Source: a virus. Taken from it: a stretch of 64,000 nucleotides of DNA. Both the position numbers and the translations under genes were made by a program. The notes under the pieces were generated by a model. That model was not told the origin of the DNA. It was given only the letters and a program-made list of their open reading frames with translations, and searched no databases. The stretch spans positions 1 through 64,000 of the IMG/VR virus record IMGVR_UViG_3300038393_003172; one strand, written 5' to 3'. Below are positions 45,643-57,537 of the stretch, piece after piece (positions within the stretch are counted from its first letter, which is position 1; the number at the start of each line of letters is the position of its first letter).

Positions 45643-46202
45643 TGCCCTGCCTGCAAATCTTTTGGGCTCTTTGTCACAGCAGCCTCCCTTTTCTCTCTCT
45701 TTGGTTGATTACCTCTAAACAAGGGTCTGTTAGTCGCTTAAAAGCACACGGACAACTACCGTAGAAAGGTAATAGCCTTGGTGCGCAAAAAAACAGTCTA
45801 TTGCTTTCGCAATGCGCAATATTCCCTTAAATTAGTTCCTTCAGCTACACGGCTGATATAGTTTTTTCAGCTAGTTCATAAGCCACCCCGACGCGCAACT
45901 ATCGAAGGACGGAAATCATGAGGCGTTGCGCGCAACGGGTCAACGACTAACTCGCAAAAATGAGCGCGATCAAGATGAAACCAAACCCCGCCACGGTGCG
46001 CTCCCGGCGGCTACGAGACGAGCGAGCCAAGGAGGGCATCAAGGAACTGCGAGGTGTCTATGTCCCGCTGGAACTGCACACCGAGGCCAAGGAGGCCATC
46101 AAGGAGTGGCTGCGCTTGAAGCTGGCCGCGGTGAACGGCCGCGCGTAGAGGGAAATGGGTAGCCCGCCTCCCGGCGGGCTTGTGCTGCCAGGCAGCAATG
46201 GG

Positions 46203-46589
46203 TCAGGCGCCGCGTTTTATCCCGCACAGGAACGTCAGAACCTTGCCGGCGCGTGTCCAAACACTGAAGGGGACGTTGTCCTTTGGCTGCAGCAGACCGG
46301 CCCTGTCGATCTGCGCGCGCTTGTCCAGCGCAACATAGAACGGCCTGTCCGTCATGTCCTCGAAGACGGCATCGACAGCGTTGTGCTGGACCTGTGAGCG
46401 CTCGATTGTCACGAAACGGCCAGTCTTCATCTCGCCTATAGAGCTTATCCGGTTGTCGGGCACCAGCAGGCGCAATGCGCCGGCGTTCCCGCTCAAGAAG
46501 AACAGCCCTCGCTGCGCCAATTCGGAGTCCCAATAGTTGGTTTCCGTGATGTCCTGGCCGTTGTTGGCAACCTTAATGAATCCGCTCAT
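46203..46589 (-). CDS. Hypothetical protein (plasmid-type)
   Basis: I.N.GQ.I..TNYWDS..A..G..FLS.NAGA.RLL.PD pattern. Confidence 0.55.
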   Translation of the reverse strand: MSGFIKVANNGQDITETNYWDSELAQRGLFFLSGNAGALRLLVPDNRISSIGEMKTGRFVTIERSQVQHNAVDAVFEDMTDRPFYVALDKRAQIDRAGLLQPKDNVPFSVWTRAGKVLTFLCGIKRGA

Positions 46590-47694
46590 CGTGCATCCCT
46601 CTATTGGTAGTTGTTAATGTTCATAAGCGCGATGGTCCAGCGGGACAGCGGTGTCGGCGATTCGTCTATGTCTAGGGCCATGACGTTCCTGACCGTGAAG
46701 CGGTGCTCAAAAAACATCAACAGCCGCCGCTTCTCGCGGTTGCCATCATCGCGCCCTGTTTGATACGACAGGAACTGGTGCTTGGCCGCCATGTAGGCAT
46801 CGCTGTCGGTCCTGTAGCCATCGATGCCCACACTGAGCGGGTTCCCAATGTCGGGCAGGTGCGCCACAGTGCGGCAGAACTTGAAGAACTGGCCCTCAAT
46901 GGTTGAGTGCTCAAGGGGTAGCTTGTTGCGCCACTGCGTGCCAGGCGCGGCGGCGCGAAGCTCGGCAATCTTGCTGGCCTCAAGGTAGAGCATGCGCGTG
47001 ACGGCCTCGCCGTAGGTTTCTGCCATCCACCAGTACGTCCTGTGCTCAGGGCAATACGGCTGGATCAGCTCGTCACGGATCGCACTGACAACTTCTTGAT
47101 GGCTTGCCATGTTCACCCCCGCTGCGGAAGGAAGGTCAGGGTGCCGTTGTCGATCTCGGCGGATATGCGCTCGCGCACTTCGCGCTCGGGCATGGTCAGT
47201 TCTTCTTCGTGCAGCCAGCCGCGGCGCATGAACCCCACGCTCCTGTAGAGCTCCGCGTCGGGCACGCCGCGGCGGATCGGCCTGTGCTGGTTCCTGCACA
47301 GCACCTTGCCCCAGCCCCACACCACGGCCCGGCCTCCGATCAGCAGCGGCTCGGACCGAAATTCTGAAATCCTGGCGTATTCCCTTTCCTGCACCATCGT
47401 GTCGAGCTTGGTGGCGTGGCCCCAGGCGATGGCGAAGGGCTCCCCGGTGCGGGGATGCAGCCGGACCTCAGCGCTGGTGAACGGGCACTCGTACTCCGGG
47501 TCGCCTTCGTCCGTGTACCACTCGTCAGCCAGCAACTCGTGGGAGGCGTTGGGGTCCAGCAGCAGCGCCAGCACATCGGCGTCCAGCGCCAGCAGGTCTT
47601 GCAAGCCCACGTTGATGCGCTCGGCCATCTTTTTGATCTGCGTCTTCTGTTCTTCGGTCAGGTCCATGGGGTTGGTTCCTTGCGGGGTGAAGTG

Positions 47695-48027
47695 TCAGGA
47701 CAGCAGCCCATCGGCCGCCTGCGCTGCGTCAAGCGGCAGCACCTGCAGCGTCGGGTGGCGCTTGGCGGCCAGCAGCATGAGGGTCCAGCGGGCGTTGGTC
47801 ATCGGGCGGTCGCCGCGCTCTATCTCGCCGATGGCCTGTGCGTCGGTCAGGCCGATCAAGTGGGCCGTCTGTTCAAGCGTCCAGCCCATCGCCAGCCGCA
47901 GCTCGCGCACCTCCAGCCCGCTGGGTGTGGGCAGTTCGGGGAAGATTGCAAGCGGCGGTGCCTTCTTGGGGCCACGCTTCCCGGGCGTGCGCGGGGGTGC
48001 CGCCGCGGTCGTGGTTGCTGTGGACAT
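47695..48027 (-). CDS. KorC-like XRE HTH repressor
   Basis: PSGLEVRELRLAMGWTLEQTAHLIGL...IGEIERGDR....RW.L aligns by eye with IncP KorC (PTGAEIREVLHLAGLTGGQAARILGL). Confidence 0.7.
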   Translation of the reverse strand: MSTATTTAAAPPRTPGKRGPKKAPPLAIFPELPTPSGLEVRELRLAMGWTLEQTAHLIGLTDAQAIGEIERGDRPMTNARWTLMLLAAKRHPTLQVLPLDAAQAADGLLS

Positions 48028-48057
48028 GAGGGAGCCTCCGGGTGGTGGTGTATTCAT

Positions 48058-48086
48058 ATATTAGGTGATTTACCCAAGAGTTTCAT
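48058..48086 (-). promoter_or_regulatory. Promoter with operator B (TTAGGTGATTTACCCAA)
   Basis: Minus strand ATGAAA-17-TAATAT; inverted repeat at 48061-48077. Confidence 0.7.
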
Positions 48087-51000
48087 CCTCCGCAGCCAGG
48101 GGGCGCCGCTTACAGCCGGTGCGCCGGCAGGGGCAGGCCCTGCCGCAAGAAGCCGTGCCGATCCTGCTCGTGCTGGTACACGTCGAAGCGGCCCATGTCG
48201 CACAGCGCCAGCCTGGCGTCCAGCAGGTCTTTGCGGAACCCGCGGGGGGTGTCGGGGCGCTCGCCGCGCTCCACAGCGAACGCCTCGCGGACGAACATCT
48301 GTAGCTCGAGCGCCGTCTTAGGCAGGTGGCTCAAGTCCTCCGGAGGGGGCAGGGGGCGGAACAGCATCATGTGAGGCTCCTTGGTACTTCAGGGGAGTCA
48401 GGGGGCGTGCCCAGCATCACGGTCCATCGCCAGATCGAAGGTGCGGCTGTCAACGGCCAGAGGCACATCCGGGCAGGTGCTGCGCATGTGGGCCGCATAC
48501 CCGCCGTCGTCGCCGGGTGGCAGCGTCAGCCCTGGGTTTGCCATGTCAGCGGCCAGTTCCTCGGCCAGCGCGTCGTCTGCCCAGCCGTCCAGCATCGCCC
48601 GCGTGTGCGTGCGGACCTCATGGCCCAGCACCAGCAGCAGCGCGCCCACAAGGTCGTCGGCCTCGCCCAGCACGTCCACGTCCGCGGTGTCGGGCTCGTC
48701 GCGGCTGGCGCTGGTGATGGTCACCGACAGCGTGACCTCGTACTGCAGCGCGGGCCGACCATCGAGGCCGCCTTTCTTGGTAGGGTGCTGGCGCACCTGA
48801 ATGCCGTAGCAGCCCAGCTCCAGGCCGTCATCGGCGCTGTCGATGCTCACCCGGGCAGGCTTCAGCCCGTCGATGTAGCTGAACGGGCCCGATGAGGGCT
48901 GCCCCTTCAGGAACTCGGCCAGGAAGCGGGCCGCGAAGTCCAGTTGGTCGTCGGTGATGCGGTACATGGTGTGGCTCCTTCAGGGCATGGCGGGGAACAC
49001 GTTGTGGGCAGGCAGGCCCAGTGCCTCGCGCCGGCCGGCTTCTTCAAGAACAGTGCCGATCAGGTCGGACGCGATGTAGGCGGCCTCGGGGGTGTGCATG
49101 CCCCAGGTGAGCCCGTACTGCGCCACCAGCGCCCGGTAAGCGGCCTGCGCCTGTTCGCGCGTGTAGGGGTCCACCCAGGTCAGCGCCAGCCGCGCCAGCA
49201 GTTCCACCTGGTTTCCGGCCTCGTCGTGGTGGAGGCCGCACTTGTCGCCCACACCCGCGCGCGGTGTGAAGGTGAACGTGAACCGCTGGCGCTGGCTGCC
49301 TGGCACCGGATGCTTGGTCATCGTGCCGACCACTGAGCGGTTTGCGCGGACGTACTTCGTGCCGCAGGCGGTCCAAATGTCGAAGGTAGGCATGGCGGTG
49401 TCCTCCGGGTCAGGATTCAGTGGCGGGCTTGGCGGGCATGTTCTCGGTGTTCCAGATGCTGCGCACCAGCGCGCGCACCTGCTTGATGCCGGCTGGCGAC
49501 AGCGCAGCGATGTGCCGTGGGGCCTCGCGCTCAGCCCAGAAGCGCAGGCGCTGCGCCTCCAGCTCGGCCTCGATCTCCTGGGTGATGGGCTGCGCATAGG
49601 ACGAATCCCAGGACGATCCCTGCACCTTGCCGGTGGCGCGCGTCAGCCGGGAGCCTCCATCGCACACCACAACCGTGGGCGTGATGCGCTCAACGGTCAG
49701 TGCGCGCCAGAGGCCCCCTTGCTGCACAGCCAGCCGGTCGCCGGGCTTTACGTCGGGGTTCCAAGTGCTTTTCATGGGGTAGGCCCTCTCGTTGCGGTCA
49801 GGCAGTGCAGGTAGAGGCGGCCATGCGCAGCAGCTTGTCGGCGAGCTTGCGGCTGACCTTCAGGCGCTCGTTGTGGTGGCGCTGCAGCGCGGAGCCCTCG
49901 CCTGCGGCCTTGTAGCCCGCGAGGTCGTAGTTGTCGCTCCGGTTCAGGGCTTCCAGCAGGAACTTGAAGTCGGCGCCTGACAGGGCTTCATCGTCGGCGT
50001 CGGCGGTGGTATGGGTGATGGAGGACACAGTTCGGTTCCTTTTCGTGGGCAGCAGTGAAAGGGCGGTGATGGGTCAGGCGGCGGCGGTGCGGGTATGCAG
50101 CAGCGCGGCCAGCTCGGCGTTGCGCTGGCGCTCGCTGGCCAGGGAGGCGCGCAGCGCGGCGGCCTCGGCCTCGGCCTGCAGCGCGCGCGCGTGCCAGCCG
50201 TGCAGCCCCTGGGTCCACCACTCCTGCCCTGGGGGCACGGCGGTTGGGGCCTGCACCAGCGAAGCAGCGTTGGCGATGGCTGCGCGGGCGCCAGGCAGCC
50301 ATGCCGAGAGAATCAGGCTCCCTTCCTTGTTGGCGATCTCCACGCGGCCCACTGCCGCCTGAAGGGATTCCACAAGATCGCGCACGGCGTCGCGATGTTG
50401 CAAAGAGGTATTCATGGCAGGGCCTCAGACGACAGCGGCACGGGGCACGCTGATGTGGTTGGGGATCGTCCAGCAGTCATCCAGCAGGAACATCAGAACG
50501 GCGTAAGCGGCCTGCGCGCGCTTGACACAGATGGCGTGGTAGGCCATCGCCCGGCTTGGCCGCGCCTCCAGCCATTCCACGTGAGCCAGGCGCAGCGCCT
50601 CCAGCCGCGCGGGCCAGCCGCGGCGCTTCTTCATGCGCTCCACGGTGGGGAGGCGCAGGCCGCCCGGGTCGGCCACGAAGCCGTTCACCTGGCGCACAAA
50701 GGCGTTGCATTCCTCGGCCACCTCCAGCGCGCACGCCGCGTCCTCGCGCTGCCGGCGCTCGGCTTCCTGATCGTCAAGCTGCCTGCGCACCAGGGCCTTG
50801 TATCGGTTCTCTGCCGCTACTCCCATGTCGTTCTCCTTCAGGCGGCGCGCTGTGCGCCGTGCTGCAGTTGGTCGGTGGTCATGCGCTCGATGCGCTGCAG
50901 CTCGTAGCGCAGCACGTTGAGCGCGGTGTCGCAGGCGGGGGCGAAGGGGGAGGCAGTGCCGGCGCTGTGAACGCGCTCCGCAGCACGCTCCCGGGCTGCC

Positions 51001-52059
51001 TGCGCCAGCAGCGCGCGCTCGGATTCGGTAGTGGTGCTCATGCTGGTGCCCCCTGTCACGCGCTGCGGGTGGCCGCGATCCGCAGCTCGGCGCGGCGCAG
51101 CTCGTCGTTGAGAAGGTCGATGGCGGCGCGCGCCGTCAGGTGCTGCCGGATGCCGTCCACCGAGGCGGGGTCGCTGCCGTGCGTGGTGCTGCGGGCGATC
51201 AGCTTGGCGAGCCGGGCGTCTGCGGCTGCGCTGCTGCAGGTGGGGTCGCCAAACTCGGCCTCAACAAGCTGTCGGGCGTTGGCTGCCATGCCCTGCAGCA
51301 GCTTGCGCAGGTGCTCGTCCTGCTCGGCGCGCGTGATGTGCAGCACCGCCAGGTTGGAGATGTGCGAGGCGGTGCGGCTGGCGTCGGTGTTCATGTCAGG
51401 CTCCGGTGTGGAAGGTGCCCAGCAGCGCCAGCGCGGCACGGCCCCGCTTGGCGATGGCGTCGGCGTCGAAGTCGCCGTTGGGCTCGATGGCCCAGGAGGG
51501 CGGTTGCTGCTGCACCCCGTGGCCCGTTGACAACTCTGTGTGGGCCGTCGCCGCGCGCAGCGCATCGGACAGCGCCGGCACGGCATCCGCTATGCGGCAC
51601 AGGCGCTTGAGCTCTGAGGTGGCCTTGGCGCGGCCTTGCACGGTGCCTTTCTCCAGAAGGGTCAGCAGGACGGGCAGCGTGCCCTCCCAAGTCATGCGCA
51701 GGTCGATGGTCTGCTGTGCGGGGGCGGGGGCCGGCGCAGGTGCCGGGATGGGCAGCCGGAACCCCGGGCGGCGCCAGCAGGTGGTCACGGCCTCGCCGCT
51801 GCAGTTCCGGGTGGCGCCTGACGGCATACGCTCGGGGGCGTCGATGCAGTAGCAGGCGGCGTCATAGGTGATGCCCTGGAAGTCGGCACGCAGGTTGTCC
51901 TCGGTATAGGCGGCCGACGCCAAGGAGCCGGTGCCGTAGAACAGGGCAAAGCCGGCGTGTGGCGTTTCGGGGGTGACGGCGGGCAGGGGCATGTCGGGTG
52001 CTCCGTGGTTAGGCGGGGAACGGGGGGAGCCCGGTGCGGGGCTCCCCTTGAGCGGTGCG

Positions 52060-53469
52060 TCAGGCGGTCTTCTTCGCGCCGCGCTTCGCGGGCACCTTCA
52101 CCGGGGCCGCTTCAGCGGCAGGCGCTGCGGCGGCACCCTTGCGCGCCTTCGTGCTGCTGCTGCGCGCGGCCTTGGCAACGGCCTGCTGCACTGCCTGCGC
52201 CACCTCCGGGGTGGGGGCCTGCTCGGGCTGCGCGGCATCCTCGGCCGCGAGCTGCACCGGCTCGGCGCTGACGGCCTGCACCGGGGCCTGTTCCTCGGCC
52301 GCGCCAGCCGTCGCCAGCTCAGGCACGGGGGCCTCCACCGTGGCCTGCTCCGGGGCCGGCTCGGCGGCAGCCGCAGCGGCAGCCAAGTTCAGCGTCACGG
52401 CAACCGCCGAGGGCGCCGTCTCCGACACGCTGGCGCCAGCCTTCGCGCACATCTCGCGCAGCGCCTTCCAGGCGTTCAGCTTGATCGCCTCGCCAGAGCC
52501 AAACCAGGCGCTGTCCAGTCGAGTGCTGTTCGTCTTGCGGCGCTCGTGGTCAACGAACTCGGTCACGCTGTTGAGCAGCGACCATGCGTTGCCCTTGCCG
52601 CACAGGTTGGCGCCGATCAGCTTGCCGTCGAACAGCTCCATCACCCGCTTGTAAGCCTTGCTGCGGCGCACATCGGGCAGCGCCTTACCAGGGGGCAGCG
52701 ACTGTGAGGACAGCAGCACGTCCGCCACCAGCGCGTCGGCCTGCGCCTCGGTCACGTCCACCTGCGCCATCAGCCGGGCCTCGACAAGCCAGCGGTCCCA
52801 GGCGTTCACCACGATCCCCAGGCGCTGGCGCACCTCGTCGGCCTTGAACTTCGTCATGTGCGGCACCCGCACACACTGCACGACAGGCCCTTCCGTGGTG
52901 TCCCGCTCGGTCTGCCTGCTTCCGTTCGCCATGGATGCGCCTGCAGCCATCGTCAGCGTGTTGTTGCACACCACGCGCACCGCGGTGAACTTGGCCGTGG
53001 TGGACATGGAGCCGTCGAAGCTCGTAGCGAGCAGCACATAGGGGCGCACCTGATCGTGGCCCACCACCGGGGCACCGTCGTTCACCCGCGCCAGCCCCCA
53101 GATGCGCTTGCCGTCCAGCAGCGAGCCGGCGGTTTCCAGCGTGAAGCCGCCGGCCTCGGCCAGCTTTCCGAAGAAGTCCAGCACCTCGCCCGGCTGGACC
53201 ACCTTGTAGCGGCTGCCCACGATGCCCAGCTCCGCGCCGGTATCGCTGCGCACCAGCGCGTGGCCGCCGCTGACAGGGTGCAGGGGGCTGTCCTCCCCGC
53301 GCTGGAACATCAGCGCGGCGCGCTCCACGCTCCAGTCCAGCCCCGCCTCGCGGCGCCAGGTTTCGAGGTCGGCGCCAGCCGACAGGCGCTGGCCCAGGCC
53401 GTGCCACGGGGTTTCACCCACGAAGGCGATTGCGTCACGGCCGGTGGTGTTGTCGATCAGGTGAGCCAT
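52060..53469 (-). CDS. DUF932 family protein with Ala/Glu-rich tail
   Basis: ETPWHGLG, VRSDTG..LG.VG..Y..VQP.EVL.FF, LETAGSL..GKRIW.LA, LATS.DGS, RVVCNNTL, AW.LLN.VTE.VDH. Confidence 0.9.
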   Translation of the reverse strand: MAHLIDNTTGRDAIAFVGETPWHGLGQRLSAGADLETWRREAGLDWSVERAALMFQRGEDSPLHPVSGGHALVRSDTGAELGIVGSRYKVVQPGEVLDFFGKLAEAGGFTLETAGSLLDGKRIWGLARVNDGAPVVGHDQVRPYVLLATSFDGSMSTTAKFTAVRVVCNNTLTMAAGASMANGSRQTERDTTEGPVVQCVRVPHMTKFKADEVRQRLGIVVNAWDRWLVEARLMAQVDVTEAQADALVADVLLSSQSLPPGKALPDVRRSKAYKRVMELFDGKLIGANLCGKGNAWSLLNSVTEFVDHERRKTNSTRLDSAWFGSGEAIKLNAWKALREMCAKAGASVSETAPSAVAVTLNLAAAAAAAEPAPEQATVEAPVPELATAGAAEEQAPVQAVSAEPVQLAAEDAAQPEQAPTPEVAQAVQQAVAKAARSSSTKARKGAAAAPAAEAAPVKVPAKRGAKKTA

Positions 53470-53545
53470 TTGTATCTCCAGAGCGCCCGCGTGGGGCAGG
53501 TTGAGGGTCCAATTGGGTAGCGCCTTATTGCGCCGCCGTGAGGTA

Positions 53546-53621
53546 AATTTAGGTGTTGCGCCCAATGGTTGCAAGGTAATTCATCATTCCTTGCCCCCCT
53601 GTTTGGGTAGCGCCGCGCTAC
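53546..53621 (-). promoter_or_regulatory. Promoter with operator B plus upstream operator A
   Basis: TTGCAA-17-TAAATT; TTAGGTGTTGCGCCCAA at 53549-53565; GTAGCGCCGCGCTAC at 53607-53621. Confidence 0.8.
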
Positions 53622-53639
53622 ATGCAGCGCACAGAAAAA

Positions 53640-55325
53640 CTAGGCGGCGCGCTGCGCAGCCAGCAGGGCAACGGACACGCTGGTGCCAGCGAAGGCGTTG
53701 TCGTGCTGGCGCGACCATTCGTGCTGCAGCCCCGGCAACACGTCCTTGCCGCGCATGCCTGCAGGCAGCACGGCCACAAGGCGGCCCTTGGGTGCGAGCA
53801 GTTGTGACGCGGCCTCGATGTGCGCCTGCGCGCGGCCCTGGCTGAAGGGCGGGTTCATCACGATGCGGTCGAACGTGCGGCCCTGCTGGCGCATGGCCTC
53901 GGCCCACTGCAGGAAGTCGGCCTCATGCACTTCCGTAAATCCCTTGGCCTTCAGGATGGTGCAGTGCAGGGGGCTGATTTCCACGCACGTCAGCCGCTCG
54001 CGCGGCAGGTGCTCGGCGATGCCGCCGTGGCCCGCGCTGGGCTCCAGCACGGTGTGGCCTTCGCCGATCTGTGCCATCTCGACGGCCTGCTGCGCCAGCG
54101 CCTCGGGCGTCGGGTAGAACTGGTGGGCCTGCTGGTCCGGGATGCAGCCGCTGGAGACGATCTCAGCCAGCACATCGGCCGGGCAGTAGTCGAACTCAAA
54201 GGCGTCCGGGTCCTTGCCCCGCTGCGTGCCGCCGATGGCCTGCAGCACCGCGCGCGCCTGCTGGCGCACATGCTTGTCGGTGCTGGTGCCGTGCGGGTAG
54301 TACTTCAGCACGCGCGTGTTGTGCAGGCGGTGCCAGCGCTCCGGGTAGCCCCCCGGGTTCGTGCGCTCATGCACCGGCTCGGACGCTTCCAGCAGGCCCA
54401 GCACCGCGAAGGGCAGCGGGCGGCCCATCATCACGAATTCCTTGTGGGGCTTCTTGGGCTTGGTGCGGAACTCGCTCGGTATGGCTGCGGGGTGCAGGTA
54501 GGCCAGCACCTGATTGAGCCGCACGGCCATGTCGGGATGCACCTCCAGATGACCGTTGCCGTTCAGGTACACCCGCAGGCGCAGCGCGCCGCCATCCAGC
54601 GTCAGCCACTTGCCAGGCTGGCGCTTCTGTGCGTTCTCCACGATCTTGTTGGTCGCATAGTGCGGCGGTTCGTCCCGCCCCATGAAGCGCGCGATCACCA
54701 CACGCAGGTCGTTGATGAGCCCGCACCTGCCGCCATAGCTGCCCCATTCGTTGAGCACGTTGGTCAGGATCATTCGCTTGAAGAACCCCTCGGGCCTGTT
54801 CGTGACGTGCTCCCGGGACAGCCCTTGGAAGATGCCGTCCACGCGCTCCGCGAAGAACCGCTCCCGCGAGTGCAGCAGCTCCGCGATGGTAGACAGCACG
54901 GATTCACGCTCGAAGGCCGGCGTGGCGTGCGTCCTGATGGCCTCGTGCCATTCGTCCCGGCGTGCCTTGGGCATGTGGTTGAGCACGTCCGTCAGGCTGA
55001 TGGCCTCCTGCCAGAAGTAGGCGTTGAGCGCTGCCATGGCGCCAGCGGGGGCGAACAGCTCCTTCACCGTGGCGCTGATGCTGTGGCGCCGGTCCTTGTC
55101 GGTGTTGCCGTCCACGAAGTAGCTGAACACGCCCCCCAGCTCCCCCTCCATGGTTTCGGCCAGCCGAACGATGCGCAGGCGCGCGGCCTCGTACCGGCCG
55201 AACAGGGAATCCAGTGCCCCCGTGGGTGCTGGGGCGAAGAACTGCGGCGCGTCGTCATCGACCACCTCGCAATGGGCTGGCGCTGCTGCAGCGGCCACGT
55301 CGAAATCCAGCGTGTCTTGTGTCAT
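53640..55325 (-). CDS. DUF4942-domain N6-adenine-type DNA methyltransferase
   Basis: FYPTP, VLEPSAGHG, DF, IVMNPPF, LVAVLP; N-terminal FF.ERVDGIF.GLS..H.TN.P.GF and Y.NGNGHLEVHP. Confidence 0.88.
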   Translation of the reverse strand: MTQDTLDFDVAAAAAPAHCEVVDDDAPQFFAPAPTGALDSLFGRYEAARLRIVRLAETMEGELGGVFSYFVDGNTDKDRRHSISATVKELFAPAGAMAALNAYFWQEAISLTDVLNHMPKARRDEWHEAIRTHATPAFERESVLSTIAELLHSRERFFAERVDGIFQGLSREHVTNRPEGFFKRMILTNVLNEWGSYGGRCGLINDLRVVIARFMGRDEPPHYATNKIVENAQKRQPGKWLTLDGGALRLRVYLNGNGHLEVHPDMAVRLNQVLAYLHPAAIPSEFRTKPKKPHKEFVMMGRPLPFAVLGLLEASEPVHERTNPGGYPERWHRLHNTRVLKYYPHGTSTDKHVRQQARAVLQAIGGTQRGKDPDAFEFDYCPADVLAEIVSSGCIPDQQAHQFYPTPEALAQQAVEMAQIGEGHTVLEPSAGHGGIAEHLPRERLTCVEISPLHCTILKAKGFTEVHEADFLQWAEAMRQQGRTFDRIVMNPPFSQGRAQAHIEAASQLLAPKGRLVAVLPAGMRGKDVLPGLQHEWSRQHDNAFAGTSVSVALLAAQRAA

Positions 55326-55364
55326 GGTCAGGGCTCCTGTCGTTGGTAGGTGTGCAGGGGAAGG

Positions 55365-56036
55365 TCAGGCAGCGAGGGGCACGGCAGGTGCAGCGGTGCC
55401 AGCCGCGCGCGTCACTGCAGCCTGTGCCTCGGGCGGGAGGTCGGCCACGGGCACGCAGTCGCCGGTCTGGTCGTAGAAGTAGAGCTCCATCTGCCCCACG
55501 TCCGCGCCTGCCGCATAGCCCAGCGGCTGCAGCACCTCGGACAGCCGCGCCGCGGTGCCCAGCAGGTCCAGTTCCTCGCGCACGTTCTCCACCACCTGGT
55601 CAAAGTCGTCCTCGCGGTTCCTCTGCACCATGTCCACGGCCTTGCCCGTGGCTGCCTGCAGCGCGGCGGCATCGTCGGCCGCAGCAGGGTGGAGGGGCTG
55701 GCGCAGCCGAATGTCGAAGTACTCGGCCAGCGTCACGGTCGGCGTGTTGGTGGCCGTGTCGGCCAGCGTGAAGAACCCGGGCATGTCGTAGAAGCGCCGG
55801 GCGCGCTGCAGCACCGGCTCCGCGTCGACGCCAGCCAGCACGGGCAGCTTGGCCTCATGCCTGCCCGTGACCATCAGCACGCCGCTCGCGGGGTCGTACA
55901 CGGCAGCAGTGATTTCCTCGCTGGGCATCCAGCCTTGCACCTCGGCGGTCAGGTCGTGGAAGGGGGCGCTGCAGTGCGCCAGCGCGAACGAGGCGGTGGG
56001 GCAATCGGCAAGCGTGAAGTCGGCCTTTTTCGACAT
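55365..56036 (-). CDS. Hypothetical protein
   Basis: AGGAG RBS; directly downstream of an operator-B promoter. Confidence 0.65.
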   Translation of the reverse strand: MSKKADFTLADCPTASFALAHCSAPFHDLTAEVQGWMPSEEITAAVYDPASGVLMVTGRHEAKLPVLAGVDAEPVLQRARRFYDMPGFFTLADTATNTPTVTLAEYFDIRLRQPLHPAAADDAAALQAATGKAVDMVQRNREDDFDQVVENVREELDLLGTAARLSEVLQPLGYAAGADVGQMELYFYDQTGDCVPVADLPPEAQAAVTRAAGTAAPAVPLAA

Positions 56037-56093
56037 GGTGTGCTCCTGTGCCAGCAGGCGGGTTGCGGGTTTGGTTCGTGCTGGCATGTCGTG

Positions 56094-56197
56094 ACATTAG
56101 GCGTGACACCAAAATGATTGAATCAGAAACACGGATTTCTTACCCCCTCATCGCGGGATGCGTTGTCGTTGAATCTTTTTGGTGTAGCACCTAATGT
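56094..56197. promoter_or_regulatory. Divergent promoter pair, each with operator B
   Basis: Minus: TTCAAT-17-TAATGT with inverted repeat at 56097-56113. Plus: TTGAAT(56169)-17-TAATGT(56192) with inverted repeat at 56178-56194. Confidence 0.8.
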
Positions 56198-56240
56198 TGT
56201 CGCATGCAAACGCGCAACGCAACCTGAAAGGAGCGACGGC

Positions 56241-57068
56241 ATGCAGGTCAAATTGATCGTGGGCGCGACCCACGCCTATGTGTGCATCACGAAGGAAAAC
56301 GGCGGGTCGCTGGACTGGCGCCTGGACGGCGGGTGCGGCCCCGTGGCCGACCTGCGGCGCCAGATCGAGCGCGAGCGCGCAGACATCGCGCGCCGCGAGG
56401 CGCGGCTCGCCACGCTGGCCGAGGCCGCCGCGGTGCTGGAACTCAGCGGCCATCGGTGAGGGTGCAGCCATGCAAGCCCCTGACACCAAGCCCGGCGCCT
56501 ACTTCGTCAGCGTGCAGGACGGTGACCGCTTCGCTGCCGCCCTCGGCCCGTTCGTGGACGACCACGCGGCTGCGCTGGCGCAGATCGAGGCCGTGCGCGC
56601 GCTGGCGCAGCGGCTGCAGCCCCGCGCCGCGTTCTACGCCTTCGGCACCTGCCGCCTGGACCACGACCACCCGCAGGCGCAGCGGCCCGGCACGCTGAAC
56701 GACTACTTCCCGGCGCTGGCGCTGCCAAGCCGTGCCGCCTGGGTGCAGCAGCAGGGAGCAGCCGCGTGAACGCGCGCGCTGTGTACCGGGCCGTCATGCG
56801 GTGCTACCGCATCGCGCGGCGCGACCCGATGAACGTGGCAGGGTTCGTGGCCGCCACCGGCGCTGTGCGCGAGCTGACGGGCGTTTGGGACGTGCCCATG
56901 CCCCCCACGCCGCAGCAGCGCGCCGGGTGGGAACGGCCGCCGCGCTCGCGCTTCGTGCCTGCCGACTTCGGAGGCCCCGAGCGCGAGGTGCTGACGCAGC
57001 CGGGCCGCCTGTGCGTGTGGCGGTCCATGACGCTGTTCTGCAGGCGCACGCGCGCCGCCCCCCGCTGA
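56241..57068 (+). other. Three-gene rightward mini-operon (56241-56459, 56470-56769, 56766-57068), all hypothetical
   Basis: RBS AAGGAG; closely spaced or overlapping ORFs after the plus-strand promoter. Confidence 0.6.
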
Positions 57069-57537
57069 CGCCTGCGGCTGCCTGCCGCAGCACCCGCCCG
57101 GCCAGCGCCGGGCGTTGCCGTTTGTGCGCCTGGCTGCCCGGTGCCTGCGCACCTGCAGCGCCAGCGCGCGGCGCCAATGCGAACGGGGGCCGAAGCCCCC
57201 CGAGGTGTTGTGTGTGCGCGGCTCGGTCAGGGAGCCGCGAGGTGCTCGTAGAGCTCCGGGTGGCGCCGCTGCATTTCGTCGGTGGCGATCTGCAGCGCCT
57301 GGGCCTCGTCTGCGGGCAGGCTGCGCACATAGTCGCCCTCGTACCGGAGGGTCAGGCGTCCGTTGCGCACCCGCACGGTCAGGAACCCGTCGCCATCGGC
57401 GCACCATGCGCGCGCCTGCGGGTAGAAGGTCCAGACGATTGCGCCGGCGCGTTGCGTGCGCAGCGCAGCGGGCGGGGCAGAGGGGGCTGGCATGACTGGC
57501 TCCTGTGCGGGTAGCAGGGAAACGGGGGATGGCTCCA

